Of a stretch of DNA of 64,000 nucleotides, positions 21,778-34,519 are shown in pieces. Origin of the DNA: Mobula hypostoma (lineage: Eukaryota); NCBI RefSeq assembly GCF_963921235.1, contig NC_086108.1, positions 24,924,001 through 24,988,000 on the forward strand. Direction: 5' to 3'. The notes below the pieces were generated by a model. It did no database searches and was not told the origin of the DNA. It was given only the letters and a program-made list of their open reading frames with translations. Position numbers and translations under genes: made by a program. How positions within the stretch are numbered: the first letter of the stretch is position 1; every line of letters begins with the position of its first letter.

Positions 21778-23411
21778 AAAATCATCGAAAAGTTTAAGAG
21801 CGAGAGAAGTGTCACGAACATAGGTCGGAAGGGATTGAACAAGGGGTGATAAAACAGTGTCGAGGTATGCAGAAACGAGTTCGGTGGGGCAGGAGCAAGC
21901 TGAGACAATAGGTCGGCCAGGACAGGCAGGTTTGTGGATCTTGGGTAGGAGGTAGAAACGGGAAGTGCGTGGTGTGGGAACTATAAGGTTGGTAGCAGTG
22001 GATGGGAGATCCCCTGAGCGGATAAAGTCGTTGATAGTGTGGGAGACAATGGCCTGGTGCTCCTTAGTGGGGTCACGATCGAGGGGTAAATAAGAGGAGG
22101 TATCCGCGAGTTGTCGCTGTGCCTCGGCAAGGTAGAGGTCAGTACGCCAGACTACAACAGCTATCTGGACTATTCCTCTTCTCACCCTGTTTCTTGCAAA
22201 AACGCCATCCCCTTCTCGCAATTCCTCCGTCTCCGCCGCATCTGCTCTCAGGATGAGGCTTTTCATTCTAGGACGAGGGAGATGTCTTCATTTTTTAAAG
22301 AAAGGGGCTTCCCTTCCTCCACTATCAACTCTGCTCTTAAACGCATCTCCTCTATTTCACGTACATCTGCTCTCACTCCATCCTCCCACCACCCCACTAG
22401 GAATAGGGTTCCCCTGGTCCTCACCTACCACCCCACCAGCCTCCGGGTCCAACATATTATTCTCCGTAACTTCCGCCACCTCCAACGGGATCCCACCACT
22501 AAGCACATCTTTCCCTCCCCCACTCTCTCTGCATTCCGCAGGGATCGCTCCCTACACAACTCCCTTGTCCATTCGTCCCCCCCATCCCTCCCCACTGATC
22601 TCCCTCCTGGCACTTATCCGTGTAAGCGGAACAAGTGCTACACATGCCCTTACACTTCCTCCCTTACCACCATTCAGGGCCCCAAACAGTCCTTCCAGGT
22701 GAGGCATCACTTCACCTGTGAGTCGACTGGGGTGATATACTGCGTCCGGTGCTCCCGATGTGGCCCTTTATATATTGGTGAGACCCGACGCAGACTGGGA
22801 GACCGCTTTGCTGAACATCTACGCTCTGTCCGCCAGAGAAAGCAGGATCTCCCAGTGGCCACACATTTTAATTCCACATCCCATTCCCATTCTGACATGT
22901 CTATCCACGGCCTCCTCTACTGTAAAGATGAAGCCACACTCAGGTTGGAGGAACAACACCTTATATTCCGTCTGGGTAGCCTCCAACCTGATGGCATGAA
23001 CATTGACTTCTCTAACTTCTGCTAGGCCCCACCTCCCCCTCGTACCCCATCTTTTTATGCACACATTCTTTCTCTCACTCTCCTTTTTCTCCCTCTGTCC
23101 CTCTGAATATACCTCTTGCCCATCCTCTGGGTCACCGCCCCCCCCGTCTTTCTTCCCGGACCTCCTGTCCCATGATGCTCGCGTATCCCCTTTTGCCTAT
23201 CACCTGTCCAGCTCTCGGCTCTATCCCTCCCCCTCCTGTCTTCTCCTATCATTTTGCATCTCCCCCTCCCCCTCCAACTTTCAAATCCCTTACTCACTCT
23301 TCCTTCAGTTAGTCCTGACGAAGGGTCTCGGCCTGAAACGTCGACTGCGCCTCTTCCTATAGATGCTGCTTGGCCTGCTGCGTGCACCAGCAACTTTGAT
23401 GTATGTTGTTT
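21778..23411 (+). mobile_element. Young Penelope-like element with inverted 5' RT segment
   Basis: The minus segment 21778-22161 encodes the RT N-terminal part (FYLLPKIHKPACPGRPIVS..LPTYVRDT). The plus segment 22157-23025 is an open thumb plus GIY-YIG frame (GVIYCVRCSRCGPLYIGETRRRLGDRFAEH..EQHLI..GMN), followed by the pLTR. Confidence 0.92.
23305..23347 (+). ncRNA. Minimal type I hammerhead ribozyme, fully intact motif
   Basis: tcagtt agtc CTGACGA a ggg tctcgg cct GAAA cGTC gact g. Stem I is agtc/gact, stem II is ggg/cct, and stem III is the palindromic ACGT. The predicted cleavage site is after C23342. Confidence 0.82.
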
Positions 23412-23487
23412 CAATGAGAAAACATGGATGTTTTGAGTTGTGGAAAGAGGGAAGTGGAGCATGCAAAGGGATTGTCCATGGTTAAAT

Positions 23488-24590
23488 GGAGACACAAGGG
23501 ACTGCAGATGCTAATATTTGGAGCAAGAAAAAGAAAACTGCTGGAGCAACTCAAAAGGTCAAGTAGCATCTGTGGAAGGAAATGGGTTGTCTATATTTTG
23601 GATTGAAACCCGCATGAGGACTGAGAATGCTGTGGGAAGGTAGCCAGAGAGGAAGAGGGGTGAGACAGGAGCTGTAGGTGATTGGTGGACAGAGGAGGTG
23701 TGAGAAATGGGGGAGGGGTTTGGGTGGAAATGGGAGACAGGGGCCAGTTGGTATTAGAGGGATAAAACGTATGGGGAGGGGGATGGAACCAGATCGGGGA
23801 GGGAATCTGATGAGTGAAGTGTGTGGGTAGCAGGTGGATCAAACCAGGAGGGGATGAAAACAGAGCAGTAGTGTTCTGGATAGTGTATGGGAAATAGGGA
23901 AGGGAACAAAATTAAAGAACTGGAATGGAACAGAAGGAGAGGGTGATGGAGAGAGGGAAGTGTTGTATATTTAATATGTCAATAATAATTCAGTAATCTT
24001 GTGTAGATATTGCTCATTTAAATAATTAATTATGGGTTATATGTATAAATATGTGAATTGCATACATCACACTACCACAGGATATATATATATGTTTCAT
24101 CGATAGTAAACTTAAATTTAGACCCGTGATTTTAGATTCCCACGTCTTCCTTTGAATAGTTTAATGCTTTGAAGATACAAAGCATAACAGAGAGAGAGAG
24201 AGAGAGAATGAGACATAGAGTGAAAAAGACAGACAAAAAGAAAGATGAAGAGAAAGAAACACAGGTGTTTAAGGGCTACCTGAAATTGGAGAATATAATG
24301 TTCATACCATTGCATTGCAGACTACTCAGGCAGAATTTGAAGTACTATTCTTCTACTTTGCCATTCACCTATTCCTGTCAATGGAGAATGTGGCAGAGTG
24401 ACCAGACAGTGTTGGTCTGGCAATGAGAAGTGAAGCTGAGGTGGCATGTAACTGGAAACTTGGAATAGTCACTGTGGACAGAGCACAGCTGCTTATCAGA
24501 ACAGTCACACAGTCTGTGCTTAGTCTTGTTGTTGGTGAGAAGGCCACACTGAATGCAAGAGATGAGGTTGGGGAAGGTAGTTGTCAAGGG
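23488..24590 (-). mobile_element. Highly decayed Penelope-like remnants
   Basis: A pLTR-like end (gactgcagatgct..ctgctggagcaactc) at 23490-23620, a purine-rich tract, and a GIY-YIG C-terminal remnant at 24275-24590. Confidence 0.55.
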
Positions 24591-24944
24591 AGCAATCACT
24601 TTAAAAATTAAACATTAGATGCAAAAGCTACTTAAAACAAAACAAACTGAAACAGGATGTTAGAGCCGTATGTATAAAATAAAAGGTAGGTGTAATCTAA
24701 AATTGTTAAATGCAACTTTTAGTAGTAGCATGCTTACACTTTTGGAAGTGACAGCAGCTAAAGGTAGAAAGATCAGGGTACAGCCGGGACAGAGAATGAA
24801 GGAGACAGGTAGCATTTGTGGACTGAAATGCGCTCTGCAATGCTCATCTTTAGTTGGGCTTTCTAACAAAGAGACAACGTAATCATTGAATGCTGTACAC
24901 TGTGACAAACAGCTTATAATAATATTCTGGACCTCATTGTTTTC

Positions 24945-25047
24945 CAGGAACTGATGAAGGGCTCTGGCCCGAAATGTCGACTGTTTATTCCTTTCTATAG
25001 ATCCTGTCTGACCTGCTGAGTTCCTCCAGTACTTTGTATGTGTTCCC
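24945..25047 (+). mobile_element. Solo PLE pLTR fragment with hammerhead motif
   Basis: CTGATGA a ggg ctctgg ccc GAAA tGTC gactg at 24951-24983, followed by ctgacctgctgagttcctccag. Confidence 0.75.
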
Positions 25048-25139
25048 TTATGATATTAGCCAGAAGGAACAAGGTACAGTGACCTTCCAGCTAGCACTCC
25101 CCTCCTCCCTGCCCTGCATTGTTAGCAGATTGCCTGATT

Positions 25140-25520
25140 AGACCATAAGACATAAGAACAGAATTAGACCATTTGGCCTATAAAGTCTGCTGTACCATTC
25201 AATCATGGCTGACTTATTTTCTTTCTCAACCCCATTCTCTTGCCTCTCCCTGTAACCTTTGATGCCCTTACCAATCAAGAATCTATTAACTTCTGCTTTA
25301 AATATAGCCAATGACTTGACCTCCACAGCCATCTGTGACAATAAATTCCACAGATCCACTACTCTCTGGTTGAAGAAATTCATCCTTATCTTTGCTCCTT
25401 GTATTCTAAGGCCATGCCCTCTGGTCCTATACTCTCCCACTACTGTCCACTCTGTCTAAGTTTTACAATACTTGGTAGGTGTCACTGAGAATCCCTCTCA
25501 TTCTTCTGAACTCCAGCAAG
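25140..25520 (-). mobile_element. CR1 3' fragment
   Basis: RTRGHGLRI..FFNQRVVDLWNLL..IKGY on the minus strand, followed by a CR1 3' UTR. Confidence 0.8.
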
Positions 25521-26389
25521 TTTCAGATTGGGTTTAACAAGTTGCAGCAGAACGCTATCATCACCAAATGCAAAATAATCTGTAAACAAGATTCCAAATA
25601 CTGGAAGCTTAACACTTACTGGAACTACAGTGATATTAAAATCTTAGCAGGCTCAAAAGCCTTTTCTGGGTGCTGACAATGACTCACACTCTGTGAAAAC
25701 CCTTTGGTATTGTCTTCCATTCAAAGCAGTAGTCTCCTTATTCCTTCCTTTTCTTTCAAAAATTATCAGCTACAGAATTACCAAAGGCAAAGCTTCATTG
25801 TTCCATTTTTCAACATTTTGCAATGCTGCATGGAAAATGTTGATAAGGCCATCTTGTTGGATCAGGCAGATGTGGCACTGTAGCCCTCTGGTAAATATTC
25901 ACGATGAATTACGGCAAACAAAAGGATATCATTCTATGAAATGAAATGACATACAACTTGTCTTGCACTTTGGGCTAAATTTGAGTGGACTGACAGACAG
26001 TGATTCTATTGGAAAATATTGGCTCCAGCCAAAGATAGCTCAGCTCAACTTAAACTCCAGCCCACGCTCAGGCAAATGTCCAAGTCGAAGGTAATCAGTG
26101 AGGTAGTCAGATAGTGACAATATCTGCATTTCCACCCTGTCTCTGGACTCACCACTGAACCTAACAGCCAAGCACTGATGTATGAAGACAAAACGTCAGT
26201 TTCATTTCACACCCAGCCTTCAGCTTTACTCTAGGAAGGGCCAGTGAAACTACCAGGACATAATTAATTTGTTTCCAAGAGAAATAATCACAAAAAAAAT
26301 TGGAAAGTCATCATAATGGGATAAACATAAAAAAAACAGATCATTACCAAAGGAAGTAATTTTGATTTTGAAATGCTGTCGCAGGGAAA

Positions 26390-26830
26390 CAGCAACCATC
26401 GTCACTTACTCCTCACCACCATCCAGGACATGCTCTCTTCTCACTGCTGCCTTCAGGAAGGTGGTACAGGAGCCTCAGGACTCACAGCACCAGGTTGAAA
26501 CAGTTACTACCCCTCAACCATCAGGCTCTTGAACCAAAGGGGTAGTAACTTCACTGAACTTAACTTGCCCATCATTGAAATGTTGCCATAACCAATGGAT
26601 TCACTTTCAAGGACTCTTCATCTCATGTTCTCCATATTTATTGCTTATTTATTTACTGTTGTTTTTTTTTGTATTTACAGTTTGTTGTCTTCTGCCCAGG
26701 TTGGTGCAGTCTTTCATTGATTGTTATTATTCTATAGATTTACTAAGTATGCCTGCAAGAAACAGAATCTCAGGGTTGCATATAATTACATATATGCACT
26801 TTCATAATAATTTTTACTTTGGACTTTGAT
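26390..26830 (+). mobile_element. Rex1/Babar-like LINE 3' remnant
   Basis: caccatccaggacatgctctcttctcactgctgccttcaggaaggtggtacaggagcct (HPGHALFSLLPSGR-type C-terminus), followed by a 3' UTR. Confidence 0.6.
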
Positions 26831-28066
26831 CTTTTCTCAATAGAAGTATGTTATAAAAGCCATGACTGAACACGTTAAGCTGAAGCCCACATATGCATAG
26901 TGTGCACAAATACCAGCCCAATCATAGAGGAAATGTGAACCTACTCCTGCTGCGAAAAGGTAGGGCTGAATACAATTGGAATAAAACAAGATAAAATAAA
27001 TCTTAGAAACAAACCTAATTGGCCTTAAATTGGCAAGTTATTTAAATAGGAGTGAAACTGGGCATGAGATATTTTACTCAATTTTACTATTTTGAATTGT
27101 TACTTTTGGAGGATTTTGCTTCTTTAATTGTTTAACAGTCCATATTAAGGACCTAATATAATTTTCATCTTAGAAGACTTTAATGTGGACTATTAAAACT
27201 ATTAAAGCCCTTGATGGTGAACAGACTATTGAAGGCTCTCGTGGGGTTTCAGAGGAAGGACTTGAAGTCAGGCCGTAAGCCTTCTTGAGACATCCTGCCC
27301 TATGGAATATCGGAGTTCCTTTGCATCTAGAAAATACGGAGATCGTGGGCATTGAATCTGAGTAATGTTCACGTACAGGATGTTCTGGTCTATTTCATAC
27401 AAGAATTGGAGTGTGTCAAAATGATCTAAATCCACTAGATGTTGTTAATTCGGAGGAGCAAAGTTAGATCTTCAATTTTGGAGTCTGTAAGCCAATACAA
27501 CAGACATTATGTCAGGTCACAGTGAACTTAACGGAAGAAGAGTTGTCTTTCGCTAACTGGTACTTGTACATACCAACTAGATTGACTGTTCCACAGATGG
27601 AAATTTTGCACCTGGTCACACCCATAGTAGAGAGAAAGAAGGAAGGGACCAGGTGTTAGAATGGAGCTATCCATGTGTGTGCGTGTGTCTTGGAGGAGGG
27701 AAGGTAGTGGTGGGGGCGAGGGGTTTAAAATTATTAGAGGTAAATGAGAGGTGACTGTAGCAACCCACAGAATTCTACGGTGGCTGGAAGGAGATCATGG
27801 GTCATGATTGTGGGATGAGGATGCCCTAGTTTGACTGTCAAAAATATGGCTCTGAACTAGTGCTGGAAAAGCACGCAACACCTTCAGGTTTGCAGATGCT
27901 GTCTTTCACAACACACAGGAACTGGCCAGCATTAATGAAAAGAAGCTGGTACTAATGGTAAAAAAGATTCTGAGGATTTGAACTTATTTAAATACTCCAA
28001 TCACCTAGGGATTTTTTTGTTTGGTCATTGCTAGTCCTTTGAGATCAATTAGGTTTTATTTTGAGA

Positions 28067-29363
28067 GAAAATCTGCAGATGCTGGAAATCCAAGCATCAC
28101 ACACAAAATGCAGCAGACGCGGAAAAGAGTAAACAGTCGATGTTTCAGGCCAAGACCCTTCACTAGGACTGGAGAAAGAAGATGAGAAGTCAGAATAAGA
28201 AGGTAAGGGGAGGGAAAGAAGAAATCTAAGGTAGTGGGTGATAGGAGAAACCAGAAGAGGGGAAGGAGGTAAAGTAAAATGCTGGGAATTCAATTGGTGA
28301 AAGAGATAAAGGGCTGGAGAAGCGGGGACTCTGATAGGAGAGGACAGAAGTCCATGGAAGAAAAAGAAGGGGCAGAAACACTAGAGGGAATGGTGAGGGG
28401 GTGGCGCATTACCGGAAGTTTGAGGAATCAATGTTGCCATCAGCTCAGAGGCTGCTCAGACAGAATACAAGGTGTTGCTCTTCCAATCTGAGCGAGGCCT
28501 CATCGCAGCAATAGAGGAGGCCATGGACTGATCAGACACATCAGAATGGGAATAGGAAGTAGAATTAAACTGTGTGGCCATTGGGAGATCTTGCTTTTTC
28601 TGCTGGATAGAGCATCGGAGCTCAGTAAAGCGGTGTCCCAATCTACATTGGGTCACACCAATATACAGGAGGCCACAACTGGAGCACCAGATACAGTAGA
28701 TGACCCCAAAAGATTCACAGGTGAAGTGACACCTCACCTGGAAGGACTGTATGGAGCCCTGAATGGTATTGAGGGAGGAGGTATAAAGGCAGATGTAACA
28801 CTTGTTCCGCTTACAAAGATGGGGAGGGACGAATGGACAAGGGAGTTGCGTAAGGGGTGTTTGCTGTGGAAAGCAGAAAGTGGGATCAGGGGTTCGGGGA
28901 AGATGTGCTTGTGGTGGGATCCTATTGGAGATGAAGAAAGTTACAGAGAATTATGTGCTGGATGTGGAGGCTGGTGAGTGGTAGGTGAGGATGACGAACC
29001 CTATCCTGGTGGGATGGCAAGAGAATGGGGTGAGGATAGGCATGCATGAAATGGAAGAGATGCAGGTCAGGGCAGCATTGACGGTGGAGGAAGGGAAGCT
29101 CCTTTCTTTGAAGGAGGACATCTCTTTAGTTCTGGAATGAAAAGCCTCATTCTGAGAGCAGATGCGGTAGCGGAGGAATTGAGAGAAGGGGATGGCATTT
29201 TTACAAGTAACAGGGTGGGAAAAGGTATAGTTCATGTAGCTGTGAGAATCAGTGGGCTTATAAAAGATATCAGTAGATAATCTGTCTCCAGAGATTGACA
29301 AAGGGGAGAGAGGTTTTGGACATAGACCAGATAAATTTGAGGGCAGGGTGGAAGTTGAGTGTA
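28067..29363 (-). mobile_element. Penelope-like element, 5' truncated, with 11-bp TSD
   Basis: LSTDIFYKPTDSHSYMNYTFSHPVTCKNAIPFSQFLR and HFTCESFGVIYCIWCSSCGLLYIG. The pLTR carries a mutated hammerhead at 28132-28172. TSD ttattttgaga at 28056-28066 and 29364-29374. Confidence 0.88.
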
Positions 29364-30037
29364 TTATTTTGAGATTTTTTTCAGATTTTTAACTTCCATC
29401 TTACCAAAGCCCCTCTATCTTTAGCAGGAGGGAGCTAGACGTCTGCTAATGAGCTACACTGATAAACCTGCACACTGCCAGTGGACTGCAGATTGAGATG
29501 CTCAAATGTGGTTTTTCTGTCGCATGATGAAATGATCTGAAACAAAGTAAAAAAAATCCTTTCTAAACATTTCTATTCCTAGCTTTACCAGGTTTATTAT
29601 ATTCACTGCAAATTATTTATTGGATATCATTTTTTTTCATTATGGGAACTTTCTAATTTTTATTGTGATTAACTTTCCCGGAAACAAAAAGCCAATTAGG
29701 AAACCAGGATGCAACAGTTCACTATTTTTAATGTAACCCTGCCATTGATCTATTGTAAACTTTCCTGCTTGCTTTTATCTAATGTGATAGGGATTCAATA
29801 TCTTCACTATAATGTTCTATTAATGTCTCAAACCATTGCTAAACTGGGCTCATCATTTATCCGAAATAAATGAAACCAAGTATCAACACCAAATGTTCCA
29901 AGTTGTTTCATCCCTCGGTGCAAAACGCATTCTTTTTAAGTCCTGGAAATGAGCTCAAATGTAATGCAAATAGAGATTTGTTGCCTGGCTGTTCCATTGC
30001 TGTAAGAATGTGGAGGCTATGGACAGTATTCAAACAT

Positions 30038-30618
30038 TAACCAGGATGCTGCCTGGATCAGAGAGCATTGTTTTCAGGATAAATGAGAAAAACAAGGGTT
30101 GTTAAGGATAAATGAGACAAACAAGTGGGGAGGGGGGCTGAATGGAGACTCAAGAAGTTTATAAAATGTAGACAATCATAGATAATGTAAACAGCCAGTA
30201 TCTTTTTTCCAGGTCAAAATATTGAATATGAGTGGACATGCTTTAAAGGTGAGAGGGGGAAAAGTTTAAAGGAGATGTATGGGGCATCACACATAAAAGT
30301 TGCTGGTGAACGCAGCAGGCTCACCAGCAACTTTTATGTGTGTTGCTTGAATTTCCAGCATCTACAGAATTCCTGTTGTATGGGGCATTTTTGTTTTCCA
30401 CAGAGGGTGGTTGTTGCCAGGAATGTGTTGCTAGAGATAGTGGTGGAGGCAGATACAGCAGAGGTTTTTAGAAAGCTGTGTGGATATGTAAAGAATGGAT
30501 GGATATTAACCATGTGCCAGCAAAATGGATTATGTGTCATTATCTTAATTAGTTCAGCAAAACATTGTGTGTTGGAACAGCCTGTTTCTGTGTGGTACTG
30601 TTCTATGTTCTATGTTAT
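30038..30618 (+). mobile_element. Old CR1 3' remnant hosting a palindromic PLE mini-element
   Basis: accaggatgctgcctgga...acagagggtggttg...tgtggtactgttctatgttctatg. Confidence 0.7.
30288..30376 (+). mobile_element. Palindromic Penelope-derived mini-element (89 bp) with 12-bp TSD
   Basis: Perfect 22-bp inverted repeat cacacataaaagttgctggtga / tcaccagcaacttttatgtgtg with an 11-nt loop, then a tail. TSD tgtatggggcat at 30276-30287 and 30377-30388. Confidence 0.9.
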
Positions 30619-32502
30619 GACACAGAAGGGGATTGCTGAATGATACCATAATTTAACAGCAGGCGAAAGGTCTTCCATTCAACAAGGTCAAAGCAAGTAG
30701 GACAGATTAACAAGAATTGTGACAGGGTGGGGGGACCATAACCCTCGTGTCCAGTCAGAGCATGAGTTCTCACAGAAGGTGGTAAACCTCTGGCATTATC
30801 TGCCTCAGAGAATTGTGGAACAAGCTTACTAGAAGTATTTAAAGTGAAGGTAGAAACACTTTGGAAAGATGAGGGGTAATGACAGTCATGAGGGTCTAGT
30901 CAAAAGAAGGATTAGATGCCTGATGCAGGTCAGCCACCATGGTGGCCATCCTCGGCTCCTATTGTGTTCTTGTGGGGGTATCTCATCTGATTGAGTGGTG
31001 TGGAAAGATCTTTGAGAGCGGGGATCAGGATAATCGTTCAAATTTTAGGGGCTGCCCAAAGAGCAGGTGTACAATTCAAAACATTCAAAGTATATATATC
31101 ATTAAAGTATGCCTGCAGTATACAACACTTAGAATCATCTTCCCCATGGATGAAACAAAGATCTGATTGCAACTCATTGTGATCAAGCAATAGCCGGGAG
31201 GTGCCATGGGGACAGTGATGGTTGTTGCATAGTGGACAAGTCAGAAGGGAGTAGGCTGGATCAAGATGTGAGAGGATGGGAAATTAGGGGTGATTAAATA
31301 TAAGCTCCCCCCTCCCAATGGGCATAATGTACAAAAGGCTGAGAAAATATACCACAAGACTCAAGGACAATTTCTGCTCCATTCTTATAGAATTCTTGAA
31401 TGGACCTACTGTACAATAAAGATGAACTCTTGATCTGTCATTCTACCTTGTCATAACACTTGACTTTGTCATCCTGGCCCAGGCTTTCTCTACAACTTTA
31501 GCACTCTATTCTGTGCTCCATTTCTTTTTTTCTTTAGTACTATTTCGATCTATGGAATGATCTGTCTGGATGGCATGCAAACAAATGATTTTCACTGCAC
31601 CCTGGGACATGTTTTAATAATAAACCTGCAGTTTGCAAATTTTTAGAGGAAATTGCTTGATCTCTGGATTCACAAGGCCATCCTGTGTAGGTTCTTTCCT
31701 GCGACCTAGGATTGTGTTGAAAACTGGCTCGGCATTAAAATGGGGGCAAGCAGCTTTGGCACATAAATGATAAGATTTATCTCCTTCCAGTGGGTAGATT
31801 GGCAGCCTCTGTTTAAAGCTGAAAGGTTGGAATCAGGCTCAGCTCCCATTCCAAATCTTTTGCAACATAACCTCTAACCTACAGTAATTCTAGCTGACCT
31901 GCCTTTGGCAATAACAGTTCAGCTCGGGTTCAGTGGAAGGAAGTGTTTGGAATAACCAATGTAATGCATGTGTGAAGTTCTGAACTGATGAAACAATACT
32001 GATCCTGACCTGTTCTGTAGTTCAGACATCCACAACCCACCTAAACCGATCTTGACCTTTCTTGCTCACAAATTTGTCATTGCCCATGGAAGGTGAAGCA
32101 TGTCTAATTGGCAATCATCACCAGAGACTAGACACGGCAGTAGTACAGAGTTCTGATCTCAGATAATGTCTAACTCCATCGAGTCTTCAGTTTCTGAGTT
32201 AGCACACCTTCCGTCACAAGTAACATTCATTCTGTGCAAGTGTCAAAGTGTGACCAACTCCAGCAAGAGCAAAATACATCCAATTTCACCTCGAGACCAC
32301 TGATCATTTATTATTTCACAGGCCATAACACCTATACAAGCTTCCAGCGTCCCATTCCCTCTACCCTTCCTGCCTTCCCTGCACCCCCTACAATTTCTCT
32401 CTTTTACAAGCACATCAACACCTCTTCCAATCTTTTTGCCACGTCCCTGCACTGAGAGTTTTTTTTTAACTTATAGCAGCCAATTAACAATTTCACCCCC
32501 TT

Positions 32503-33055
32503 CACACACCTTTTGGTTTTGCCCATTACTGACTGGATTTTGGTCCAAAGTATTCGACTGGTACTCAAAGGCCTATAAAAGATCCTTCCCCTTGGAAGCT
32601 GATCTCGCTATATTTGGCTGCTCACAATCTACTATTTGTTTCCCTGCAGCCATACAACAGTCTCTGATGCTGGGGATGATTGTTGCCAAAAGACTTATCT
32701 TGAGGGAATGGAAATCACCCTCTCCCCCTTCCTTTCGGAGATGCATGGCTGATATGATCTCAGTCATACAGATGGAGAAACTTAGGTTCTTGAGAACCAA
32801 TTCAATTAAAAATTTTTCGGCTATCTGGAATCCATTTCTTGCCTACCCGGACGAGGCCAGGGGCAGATGAGCAATTTTCCCCCAGCTGATTTGAGATTTA
32901 ATACTTAGTATTTTTGAGCACTTTGTACAATAGGCATCCCTCTAATGTTATGTCTTTTTTTTTGCTTATTTCTTTTTTATACATGTCTGAGCTGGTATGT
33001 TTTTGTTGATTTCATTTTTTTTTGAAAATTTTGAAAATAAAGTATTTGAAAAAAA
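32503..33055 (+). mobile_element. L1 3' fragment with poly(A), inserted in a SINE
   Basis: HTFWFCPLLTGFW...AKRLILREWKSPSPPS...IWNPFL, then AATAAA and an A-tail. Near-TSD aacaatttcaccccctt (32486-32502) / aacaatatcacccctt (33056-33071). Confidence 0.82.
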
Positions 33056-33071
33056 AACAATATCACCCCTT

Positions 33072-33235
33072 GGGAAAAGGGGGAAACCAGGGCATCTGAC
33101 AAAAATCCATGTGTCACAGGGCAGATGTGTAAACTCCACACAGCAAAGCAAAGTCAGGATCAAACCTGAGCCCCTGGAACCGTCAGGCATTAAAACAGCA
33201 CTGACTGCTGAATCAGTGTGTCACCCTCATTATCA
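33072..33235 (-). mobile_element. tRNA-derived SINE remnant (HE1/V-SINE-like)
   Basis: ggaaaccagggcatctga..aatccatgtgtcacaggggcagatgtgtaaactccacacag (V-domain-like), plus a B-box-like ggatcaaacc. Confidence 0.55.
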
Positions 33236-33377
33236 CCCACCGACCTGAAATCTAATTGTTTGGAACATCAATACTGTGACGACAAGAGGAAATCAGATGC
33301 TCAGTATTACACAGCAAATGGTTCACACACCTGACTCCTCAAAGCCTTTTTCCAGAATCTATTAAACAGAAAACAAG

Positions 33378-33945
33378 AGCAGCTCTATAGGACCCTGGTC
33401 AGACCCCACTTGGAGTACTGTGCTCAGTTCTGGTCGTCTCACTACAGGAAGGATGTGGAAACCATGGAAAGGATGCAGAGGAGTTTTACAAGGATGTTGC
33501 CTGGATTAGGGAGCATGCCTTATGAGAGTAGGTTGAGTAAACTCAACTTTTTTTCCTTGGGCCAATGGAGGATGAGAGGTGACCAGATAGAGGTGTATAA
33601 GATGATGAGAGGCATTGATCAAGTGAATAGTCAGAGGCTTTTTCCCAGGGCTGAAATGGCTTGTGCTAGAGGGCACAGTTTTAAGGTGCTTGAAAGTAGG
33701 TACAGAGGAGATGTCAGGGCTAAGTTTTTTACGCAGAGAGTGGTGAGTGCGTGGAATGGGCTGCCGGCAACGGTGCTGGAGGCGGATGTGATAGGGTCTT
33801 TTAAGAGACTCCTGGATAGGTACATGGAGCTTAGAAAAATAGAGGGCTATGAGTAACCCTAGGTAATTTCTAAGGTAAGGACATGTTCGGCACAGCTTTG
33901 TGGGCTGAGGGCCTGTATTGTGCTATAGGTTTTCTATGTTTCTAT
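33378..33945 (+). mobile_element. CR1 3' fragment
   Basis: LEYCAQFWSSHYRKDVE...FFTQRVVSAWNGLP, with tail tttctatgtttctat. Confidence 0.88.
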
Positions 33946-34519
33946 AGTAAATACTCTTCAAAGGACTGGGTGAGTGCAGTCCCAACAATATTCAAAAGTT
34001 TCGAATCTATAAAAATTAAGCAGCCTTCATCCACTGCTTTAAACATTCATCCCTATTTTGCTTGTGCACTTTCTGCAATATACCAAGTACAGGATGTAAT
34101 ATAAACTCTTGCCAAAACTTCTTCAAAATCTGCAACCTATACCTCCCAAGAGTACAGCATTGCACCCTCTCCAAATCTGAAATCTAAGAATACAGCAATT
34201 GCAAGGGAACAATCCATGTGGAAACTCTAAGTCACACACTATTCTGCAAATGGAAATGTATTACAGCAATTGCATTACCTCGCATCATTGCAAGGGAGTC
34301 ACGACCACATGAACCGCCGTGGATTGAGGAAGACCTGTGGCTCTAGAGCAATAAACTCCGGCCTTACCAGCAATTTTCACCTTGCTCCTCCTCCAATCTC
34401 AGGGTCCTTGCCTTTCCTGCTTCACTCACACATTTCTTATTTTTGGACACCGATGAAAGCATGATCCAGTCCTAATCTATAAATTCTGTTCTTACATGAT
34501 GCAAAAAAAAAATCAACTA

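Noticed and set aside
27174..27274. Possible plus-strand exon (ttag...gtaagc) with an open frame
   Set aside because: Peptide not recognised, opposite strand to ASTN1, and no partner exons found.
1147..30376. Recurring short palindromic repeats as a CRISPR-like array or prokaryotic system
   Set aside because: The copies are dispersed, not regularly spaced, and derive from PLE ends. There are no cas-like or operon-like genes, and the DNA is vertebrate.
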